Positions 25,076 through 32,000 of a DNA stretch of 32,000 nt are shown in pieces. Source of the stretch: Pseudomonas sp. LS1212 (GTDB lineage Bacteria > Pseudomonadota > Gammaproteobacteria > Pseudomonadales > Pseudomonadaceae). The notes beneath the pieces are model-generated. The model searched no databases, was not told the origin of the DNA, and saw nothing but the letters and a program-made list of their open reading frames with translations. The stretch is taken from positions 2,551,115-2,583,114 of the forward strand of contig NZ_CP102951.1 in NCBI RefSeq assembly GCF_024741815.1. The letters run 5' to 3'. Numbering within the stretch: position 1 is the first letter of the stretch; the number at the start of each line of letters is the position of its first letter. The position numbers and the translations under genes are program-made.

Positions 25076-26302
25076 ATGAAAACCATCTCGAAATGGCATG
25101 TGCTCGTGGGCGGATTCCTCGCTTATTTGTTCGACGCCATGGAAATAATACTCTTGACCCTTGCACTACCGGTTATTCGCCAGGACTTGGGCTTGAGTTT
25201 CAATGAAGCGGGAATGCTGGCCTCGGCAACATTGTTGGGCATTGGCTTCAGCAGTATTACCACCGGTTGGTACTCGGACAATTTCGGCCGGCGTAATGCC
25301 TTGCTGATTTCGTTATTGATCTTCGGCGCACTGACGACTCTGGTGGCGGTCGCCCACAGTTGGGCGTTGCTGCTGGTGCTGAGATTTCTCTCGGGCCTGG
25401 GACTGGGCGGTGTCTGGGGGATTGTCTCGGCTTATGTAACGGAAACCTGGCCGCCCCATCAGCGGGCACGGGCAATCGGCTTTGTGCTGAGTTCCTTCCC
25501 GGTCGGCGCCAGTATCGCGGCATTGGCGGCAGGTGCATTCTTGCCTGATTGGGAAATGCTGTTTCTGGTGGCAGGCGTCTCAACACTGATTCCTGTCGTA
25601 TATATCCTGCTGTTCGTGCCCGAATCCCAAGAGTGGAAAGCGCAAAAAGCCCTGTCGCGGACAAACTCCGGCGTGGGCAGCAACGTTTCGATCGGAGAAA
25701 TCTTCGCGCCTGAACTGCGCCGTCTCACCTTGTTGGGCACCCTGGCGGCCAGTTGTGCGGTGATTGGCTTTTGGGGGGCCAGTACCTGGCTGCCGACCTA
25801 TCTGGTCCAGGAGCGAGGGCTGAACATCGGCATGATGGCCAGCTTTATCGCGATACTGAACGTGGGGGCCTTCATCGGCATCAATGCCTTCGGCCTGATC
25901 GCCGACTGGATCGGCAAGAAGAACGCCACGCTGCTGTCGCTCTTGGGCTGCGCCATCATGTTGTCGATCTACTCCGTCACCGAGCAGAATCGAATCCTGT
26001 TCTGGCTGGGGCCGGTCTATGCCTTCTTCTACGCCTTCGCCAGTTTGTTCGCGTCCTATTTCAGCGCGCTGTACCCGACTCGGGTTCGTACGCTGGGCGC
26101 GGGTTTCTGCTTCAACTTCGGTCGCGGTCTCGCTGCCTTCGCGCCTCTGCTCTTGAGTGGGATTGCCGCCCATTACAGCCTCGCACTCGGGCTATTGGTC
26201 TGCGCGGGGTTTTTCGCCCTGGCCACGATCACCATGCTCTTCATGCCGAGTACTGAAGGGACCAGTGTCAGTGCAAAGGCCAGCGAACTTTTGCCTGGCT
26301 GA
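25076..26302 (+). CDS. MFS transporter
   Basis: About 12 predicted TM segments. MFS motif A is GWYSDNFGRRNALLISL. The ATG at 25076 has an AAGGAAAA SD. Confidence 0.85.
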   Translation: MKTISKWHVLVGGFLAYLFDAMEIILLTLALPVIRQDLGLSFNEAGMLASATLLGIGFSSITTGWYSDNFGRRNALLISLLIFGALTTLVAVAHSWALLLVLRFLSGLGLGGVWGIVSAYVTETWPPHQRARAIGFVLSSFPVGASIAALAAGAFLPDWEMLFLVAGVSTLIPVVYILLFVPESQEWKAQKALSRTNSGVGSNVSIGEIFAPELRRLTLLGTLAASCAVIGFWGASTWLPTYLVQERGLNIGMMASFIAILNVGAFIGINAFGLIADWIGKKNATLLSLLGCAIMLSIYSVTEQNRILFWLGPVYAFFYAFASLFASYFSALYPTRVRTLGAGFCFNFGRGLAAFAPLLLSGIAAHYSLALGLLVCAGFFALATITMLFMPSTEGTSVSAKASELLPG

Positions 26303-26424
26303 CGCGGCGGCTTTTCTGAAATACCTGTGCGTTCGTAATTCCAACTCTTAGTAAATCAAAAATCACAGTCCTTGTGTCGGGTACTTCAAGTACCGGGCCA
26401 TGGCCTGCCTATGCGGAGCGTTTA

Positions 26425-27933
26425 ATGATGGCTACTCGGTTGCAGCATTTTATCAATGGCGAACTTGTCGACGGTTTGAGTGAGCGGTATTCCGATGTTT
26501 ACGATCCGGCTACCGGCAGGGTCACGGCCAGGGTTCCCCTGGCCACTGGCACCGAGCTCCACGAGGCAGTATCGGCAGCGCGGGAAGCCTTCCCGGGCTG
26601 GTCGGGCATGACACCGCTGCGTCGGGCGCGGGTATTGAGCACGTTCAAGGATTTGCTCGAGCGCAACGCCGCTGAGCTGGCAACATTGATTAGCGCGGAG
26701 CATGGCAAAACCCATTCCGATGCGCTGGGAGAAGTTACCCGTGGCATCGAGGTGGTCGAGTTCGCCTGTGGTGGGCCGCACCTGCTCAAAGGTGAAGTGA
26801 GCGAGAATATCGGCAGCAGCATCGACTCCCACTCACTGCGCCAGCCATTGGGGGTGGTGGCTGGCATAACGCCGTTCAATTTCCCGGCGATGGTCGCACT
26901 GTGGATGTTTCCGGTGGCGTTGGTCTGTGGCAACACCTTCGTTCTCAAACCCTCTGAACGCGATCCCTCGGCGGCAATTTTCCTGGCCAAACTGCTGCAG
27001 CAGGCAGGCCTGCCCGCAGGTGTATTCAACGTGGTCCACGGCGACAAGGAGGCCGTCGATGCCATAGTGGAACATCCGGACATCCAGGCGGTCAGCTTCG
27101 TTGGCTCTACTCCCATTGCCCGTTCCATCTATGCCAAGGGTGCCGCCAACGGCAAGCGGGTCCAGGCCCTGGGCGGCGCCAAGAATCATATGGTGATCAT
27201 GCCGGATGCGGATCTGGACAAGGCCGCCGATGCATTGATGGGGGCGGCTTACGGCGCAGCCGGAGAACGCTGCATGGCCATTTCGATTGCCGTGGCGGTG
27301 GGCGATGCCGTCGCCGATGCGTTGGTCTCGCGACTGGCGCCACGGGTGAGTGCACTTAAGATCGGCCCGGGCGATGACCCTGAGGCACAAATGGGGCCAC
27401 TGGTCAGTCGTGCCCATCGTGACAATGTCAAAGGGTACGTCGACCTCGGCGTGGCAGAGGGCGCTCGGTTGGTGGTGGATGGGCGCACGTTCCAGATGCA
27501 GCAGCCCGGTTATGAGCAGGGCTTCTATCTCGGCGCCAGCCTGTTCGACCATGTCACGCCTGACATGCGCATCTACCAGGACGAGATCTTCGGGCCCGTG
27601 CTGGGTGTGGTGCGGGTCCAGAGCTACAAGGAAGCGGTGGTGCTGATCAACGCGCATCAATATGGCAACGGCACCGCCATCTTCACCCGCGATGGCGACT
27701 CGGCGCGAATGTTCGCTCACGAAATACAAGTGGGCATGGTCGGCATCAACGTGCCCATCCCGGTACCCATGGCGTTCCACAGCTTCGGCGGCTGGAAGAA
27801 CTCACTGTTCGGCGATCACCACATGCACGGGCCCGAAGGGGTGCGTTTCTACACTCGGCTCAAAACCGTCACCTCTCGCTGGCTGAGCGGCATCGGCAGC
27901 GGAGCCGACTTCGTAATGCCGACGATGAAGTAA
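26425..27933 (+). CDS. mmsA: CoA-acylating methylmalonate/malonate-semialdehyde dehydrogenase
   Basis: ALDH fold with [31 protein letters not shown], catalytic [12 protein letters not shown], and C-terminal [24 protein letters not shown], which is typical of MmsA. Confidence 0.9.
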   Translation: MMATRLQHFINGELVDGLSERYSDVYDPATGRVTARVPLATGTELHEAVSAAREAFPGWSGMTPLRRARVLSTFKDLLERNAAELATLISAEHGKTHSDALGEVTRGIEVVEFACGGPHLLKGEVSENIGSSIDSHSLRQPLGVVAGITPFNFPAMVALWMFPVALVCGNTFVLKPSERDPSAAIFLAKLLQQAGLPAGVFNVVHGDKEAVDAIVEHPDIQAVSFVGSTPIARSIYAKGAANGKRVQALGGAKNHMVIMPDADLDKAADALMGAAYGAAGERCMAISIAVAVGDAVADALVSRLAPRVSALKIGPGDDPEAQMGPLVSRAHRDNVKGYVDLGVAEGARLVVDGRTFQMQQPGYEQGFYLGASLFDHVTPDMRIYQDEIFGPVLGVVRVQSYKEAVVLINAHQYGNGTAIFTRDGDSARMFAHEIQVGMVGINVPIPVPMAFHSFGGWKNSLFGDHHMHGPEGVRFYTRLKTVTSRWLSGIGSGADFVMPTMK

Positions 27934-28036
27934 AGAGCTGTCGACACAACTGCTTCCTGCTCAAAACAACAACAAAAAAAGTTCGATGCCGCCCGCCTCG
28001 CAGAAGCCGGGCGCTCGAACCCTAGGAGCCTTACCC

Positions 28037-28882
28037 ATGACCTCCCCGAAAAACTGCGCACGTGCGGTTCTGGCTGCGCTCGGCCTGATGTTTCTGGCAC
28101 AGTGTGCACACGCGCTGACCTGGAGCGACACCTTCATCGGCTATCGCTATGGCACGGATTTCACCGAGCCAGGCGTTGACGAAAAAATCCAGAAAAACGT
28201 CGTGCAGATCAGCCATGCCAGCGGTTATGCCCTTGGGCAGAACTTCTTCAATCTGGATATTCTCAAGTCCGACCATCACGATCCAAGGAAGGACAGTAGC
28301 TCCGGTGCCGTCGAGGGTTACCTGGTCTATCGCCACCAACTCTACCTGAGCAAGGTGTTCGACCGCTCCTTCGCCTTCGGGCCGGTGAAAGAGGTCGCCA
28401 TGAGCGGCGGTATCGAACTCAACTACAAGAACACTGCGTTCGCTACCCGCAAGAAGTTGCTGGTCTTCGGCCCGACCTTGAAGTTCGACGTACCCGGTTT
28501 CCTCGATTTCAGCCTGCTGTACGCCTATGAATGGAACCATTGCGGGCTGCAGAACTGTACCGAGAACCTTGCGTTCGACCCTTACTATGTCGTGCATGCC
28601 GCCTGGGGTATTCCGTTTCAGCTGGGCCAGGTCCCCTTGCGGTTCCAGGGGTTCGCCAATTACCGGACGGCCAAGGGCGAGGACTACTTCAAGGTCAAGA
28701 CGACAGAGGAAACTCAGGTTCGTACGGCCTTGATGGTGGATGTCGGGGAGCTGGCCCTTAACAGGAAGAACAAAGTGCTGGTCGGTTTGGGTTATGAGTA
28801 CTGGCGCCATAAATATGGAGCCCATGGCAAGCCTGGGGCCACAACCTCGGCACCGATGGTGCAGTTGGAGTGGCACTTCTGA
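28037..28882 (+). CDS. Outer-membrane beta-barrel channel, Tsx/OmpK-like
   Basis: Signal peptide MTSPKNCARAVLAALGLMFLAQCAHA. Alternating beta-strand pattern. The FAFGPVKE block resembles Tsx LSFGPFKE. The C-terminal ..LEWHF (terminal Phe) is an OMP signature. Confidence 0.6.
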   Translation: MTSPKNCARAVLAALGLMFLAQCAHALTWSDTFIGYRYGTDFTEPGVDEKIQKNVVQISHASGYALGQNFFNLDILKSDHHDPRKDSSSGAVEGYLVYRHQLYLSKVFDRSFAFGPVKEVAMSGGIELNYKNTAFATRKKLLVFGPTLKFDVPGFLDFSLLYAYEWNHCGLQNCTENLAFDPYYVVHAAWGIPFQLGQVPLRFQGFANYRTAKGEDYFKVKTTEETQVRTALMVDVGELALNRKNKVLVGLGYEYWRHKYGAHGKPGATTSAPMVQLEWHF

Positions 28883-28894
28883 GTTGAGCAAGAT

Positions 28895-28921
28895 GCCCCG
28901 CTTTCTTGATGGAAGCGGGGC
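28895..28921. terminator. Hairpin between convergent genes (possible bidirectional terminator)
   Basis: GCCCCGCTT-tcttgatgg-AAGCGGGGC, a 9-bp stem. The flanking T/A runs are weak. Confidence 0.45.
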
Positions 28922-28979
28922 TTGATCGTCTGGCAAAGCGCCCACGACTGATCGTAGGCGCAAGAGGAAACGGGTGTAC

Positions 28980-30389
28980 TTATCGATTTTTCGGTTGCAC
29001 GACGGGTAACGGCTTATAAAGGCTGATTTGTGATTTGCGACGAGAGACACCGATCAACAACATCGCGCCGGCGACCACTGCGGTCATTAGCGTTTCATAG
29101 CGGTAGGTAGGGCTGATCAACATGTAGCCCAACACGACACTGATGAGTGCAATGACAAACCAGGTAAGCCAAGGGAATAACCACATTTTGAAGGAAAGTA
29201 CTTCGCCTTCTTTTTCAAGAATCGCTCGCATACGCAGTTGTGAGACAGCGATCACCAGATACACCAGCAGTGCAATCGCTCCAGTCGTAGACAACAGGAA
29301 ACTGAAGACCTTGCCGGGAAACGCATAGTTGACGAAACATCCAACGAAGCCGGCCAGCGTGGAGAGAATTACCGCGACAGTCGGAACGCCATTGCTGGAA
29401 ATATGGCGAGTGATGGGGTGTGCTTCACCACGTGCGCCAAGCGAGTAGAGCATGCGAGATGCAGTGTACAGCCCTGAATTCATGCAACTGGTCACAGCAA
29501 CCAAAACCACGATGTCGACCATCATCTTGGCGCCAGGAACATTCAGGATTTCCAGCGCTCGCTGGAAGGAGCCAACCTGCAGCAGACGCGGGTCATTCCA
29601 GGCAACCAGCGAAACAATGAAGAAAATCGAAAAAATGTAGAAAATGGCGATGCGATAGACGACGAGGTTCGTGGCCTTGCGAATCTTTTCTTTTGGATTT
29701 GAGGTTTCATCTGCCGCGATAGTGACAATTTCCGCACCGAAGAACGAGAAAATAGTCACCAGTACGCCGCCAAGAACGGCGCCAAAGCCATTTGGCATAA
29801 AGCCGCCGTTACCGAGAAGCTGGCCAACGCCAGACACTTCAGCCAACGGCCAGTACCCCGATACACCCAGTGCGCATACGACGATGAAAGCAAGAATCGC
29901 GATAACTTTGACCAAGGCAAACCAGTATTCAAATTCACCAAAGTTCTTGACGCTTATCAGGTTGGTACAAGAAAGCGTGATCATGATCAGAAACGCAAAC
30001 AGCCATGACGGAACAGAAGGAATCCAGGCGTGAAGAATATCGGCACCTGCGATGGCCTCGACGGGAATGATGAGCACCCAGAACCACCAGTAAAGCCATC
30101 CGATGGTGAACCCGGCCCATGGGCCTATCGCTTTGCCTGCATAGGTCGAGAACGAGCCACTGTCAGGATTGGCGATGGCCATTTCGCCGAGCATTCGCAT
30201 CACCAATAGAACCAGGAGGCCGGCTATGCCATAGGAGATCAGAATTGCCGGCCCTGCTGTTGCGATGGCGTTGGAGGACCCTATAAACAACCCGGCCCCA
30301 ATGATTCCTGCAATCGAAATCATCGAGACCTGACGTGACGTCAAACCATGCTTGAGTGAGTGATGCTCGTTATTTTGAAGCGAAGCCAT
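28980..30389 (-). CDS. gabP: APC-family amino acid permease, GabP-like
   Basis: Full-length similarity to E. coli GabP as I recall it (SMISIAGIIGAGLFIGSS, GSFSTYAGKAIGPWAGFTIGWLYWWFWVLIIP, GFMPNGFGAV, FGAEIVTIAA, GAIALLVYLVIAVSQLRMR). The actual substrate is not determinable from the sequence. Confidence 0.8.
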   Translation of the reverse strand: MASLQNNEHHSLKHGLTSRQVSMISIAGIIGAGLFIGSSNAIATAGPAILISYGIAGLLVLLVMRMLGEMAIANPDSGSFSTYAGKAIGPWAGFTIGWLYWWFWVLIIPVEAIAGADILHAWIPSVPSWLFAFLIMITLSCTNLISVKNFGEFEYWFALVKVIAILAFIVVCALGVSGYWPLAEVSGVGQLLGNGGFMPNGFGAVLGGVLVTIFSFFGAEIVTIAADETSNPKEKIRKATNLVVYRIAIFYIFSIFFIVSLVAWNDPRLLQVGSFQRALEILNVPGAKMMVDIVVLVAVTSCMNSGLYTASRMLYSLGARGEAHPITRHISSNGVPTVAVILSTLAGFVGCFVNYAFPGKVFSFLLSTTGAIALLVYLVIAVSQLRMRAILEKEGEVLSFKMWLFPWLTWFVIALISVVLGYMLISPTYRYETLMTAVVAGAMLLIGVSRRKSQISLYKPLPVVQPKNR

Positions 30390-30645
30390 GATCTACCCTC
30401 GATCGGCACGTTACCTTGCACCCGAATACGGCAGCGGTCCCGGGAAAAAAAGCAACGGAATTAGAATAAGCTTTATTGTTAGCTCAGTTGTTAGGCTGTT
30501 AGTTGCTTATGTGCTGCCATTGTTTGTTCCTTGTCATTGATTTCGGGTGGCAGCGAAAAATTAATGAACTTTTCTTGTTTTATGGAATAGGGCTTGAAGT
30601 GCACCGGCCTGCAACCGGGTTCGTTGAGCCCGGTTGTGTTTGTCA

Positions 30646-32000
30646 TCAGTCGAAAACGATGCCCTGAGCCAGCGGCAGTTCGCGGGAGTAGTTCACGGTA
30701 TTGGTTTGACGACGCATGTAGGCTTTCCACGAGTCAGAACCAGACTCACGACCGCCACCGGTTTCTTTCTCGCCACCGAAGGCACCGCCGATCTCGGCAC
30801 CACTGGTACCAATGTTGACGTTGGCGATGCCGCAGTCACTGCCCGAAGCGCTTTGGAAGGTTTCAGCTTCACGGATGTCCGTGGTGAAGATGCAAGAAGA
30901 GAGGCCTTGCGGTACTTCATTATTCAGGCGCAGTGCTTCCTCGAACTCGTCGTAGGTCAGCACGTAGAGAATTGGAGCAAATGTCTCGTGTCGCACGACT
31001 TCGCTTTGACCTGGCATTTCAACGATGGCAGGTGTGACGTAGTAGGCGTTCGGATACTTGTCTTGCAGCTGACGCTCACCGCCGAAAACCTGACCACCCT
31101 CATCACGAGCTTTGGTCAAGGCATCCTGCATTGCGCAGTAGGCCAGTTTGTCTACCAGCGGACCGACCAGGTTGTCCTGGCGTGGATCACCGATTCGGAC
31201 CTTGGCATAAGCTGCCTTGACCCGTGCGACAACTTCGTCTTTTACCGAACGGTGAACAATCAGACGACGCAGGGTGGTGCAACGCTGACCAGCAGTACCG
31301 ACTGCGGAAAACAGAATGCCACGAACAGCCAGGTCCAGGTCAGCGCTTGGCGTCAGGATCATGGCGTTGTTGCCTCCCAGCTCGAGGATGCTGCGGCCAA
31401 AACGCGAAGCAACGCGTGGACCTACTTCGCGACCCATGCGAGTGCTGCCTGTAGCACTGATCAGTGGTACGCGCGAATCATCGACGAGCGCTTCACCAGC
31501 ATCGCGATCACCGATGATCAACTGAGCGATACCCTCTGGAGCGTCACCGAAAGTGGCCAGTGCTTTTTCAAGCAGCGCCTGACAAGCCAATGCCGTCAAC
31601 GGGGTCTTTTCCGAGGGTTTCCACAGCACAGCGTTACCGCATACCAGTGCAAGCGTCGTGTTCCACGCCCATACGGCAACAGGGAAGTTGAAGGCGCTGA
31701 TTACGCCAACGACGCCCAAAGGCTGCCAGGTTTCACGCATGTGGTGACCCGGGCGTTCGGAGGCAATCGTCAAACCATAGAGCTGGCGGGACAGACCTAC
31801 TGCGAAGTCGCAGATGTCGATCATTTCCTGAACTTCACCCAAACCTTCCTGGGTGATCTTGCCGGCCTCGATGGAAACCAGTTCGCCCAATTGCGCCTTA
31901 TGCTCGCGCAACACTTCGCCGAGGATTCTGACCAACTCACCACGGCGTGGTGCAGGTACGCTACGCCACTTCAAAAAAGCACTATGGGCACTTTCAATGC
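30646..32000 (-). CDS. amaB: ALDH7-type aldehyde dehydrogenase (piperideine-6-carboxylate / alpha-aminoadipic semialdehyde dehydrogenase-like), 5' end beyond the window
   Basis: ..AFLKWRSVPAPRRGELVR..KITQEGLGEVQEMIDICDFAVGLSRQLYG..FNFPVAVWAWNTTLALVCGNAVLWKPSEKTP..GTAGQRCTTLRRLIVH. The frame stays open to position 32000 (..IESAHSAFLKW), so the TTG at 31974 is not the start. Confidence 0.8.
   Translation of the reverse strand, partial: IESAHSAFLKWRSVPAPRRGELVRILGEVLREHKAQLGELVSIEAGKITQEGLGEVQEMIDICDFAVGLSRQLYGLTIASERPGHHMRETWQPLGVVGVISAFNFPVAVWAWNTTLALVCGNAVLWKPSEKTPLTALACQALLEKALATFGDAPEGIAQLIIGDRDAGEALVDDSRVPLISATGSTRMGREVGPRVASRFGRSILELGGNNAMILTPSADLDLAVRGILFSAVGTAGQRCTTLRRLIVHRSVKDEVVARVKAAYAKVRIGDPRQDNLVGPLVDKLAYCAMQDALTKARDEGGQVFGGERQLQDKYPNAYYVTPAIVEMPGQSEVVRHETFAPILYVLTYDEFEEALRLNNEVPQGLSSCIFTTDIREAETFQSASGSDCGIANVNIGTSGAEIGGAFGGEKETGGGRESGSDSWKAYMRRQTNTVNYSRELPLAQGIVFD

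Overview
High-GC chromosomal segment that looks Pseudomonas-like. That assignment is inferred from protein sequences (OprD-family porin, YcaC, GabP-like and ALDH7/AmaB-like proteins); no database search was run. The flanks are mostly ordinary. On the left are a truncated AraC regulator fused to an OprD-porin fragment, a divergent LysR and quinone-oxidoreductase pair, and an unusual TtcA-like PP-loop ATPase translationally coupled to a MocR/GntR regulator behind an AT-rich leader. On the right are three isochorismatase-family paralogs, OsmC, pirin, and a TetR-controlled catabolic cluster (FAH hydrolase, VOC dioxygenase, RutE-like reductase, MFS transporter, MmsA, Tsx-like porin). The window ends with a GabP-like permease and a partial ALDH7-type dehydrogenase. 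The main feature is a 10.77-kb integrated element at 7864-18645, bounded by an exact 12-bp direct repeat (CGATTGATCCGG). It sits in the 5' coding end of an isochorismatase-family gene. All of its genes are on the minus strand: P4-type integrase, AlpA-type regulator, and an 882-aa AEP primase-polymerase fused to a DUF3987-like ATPase. These are followed by an iteron plus AT-rich block (candidate origin) and 12 tightly packed ORFs, eleven of which I cannot assign; the last has a weak small-terminase-like N-terminus. The layout and size match PICI/P4-class phage satellites. The cargo is uncharacterised, so this is my candidate for the undescribed system. No tRNA, rRNA or CRISPR array was seen.
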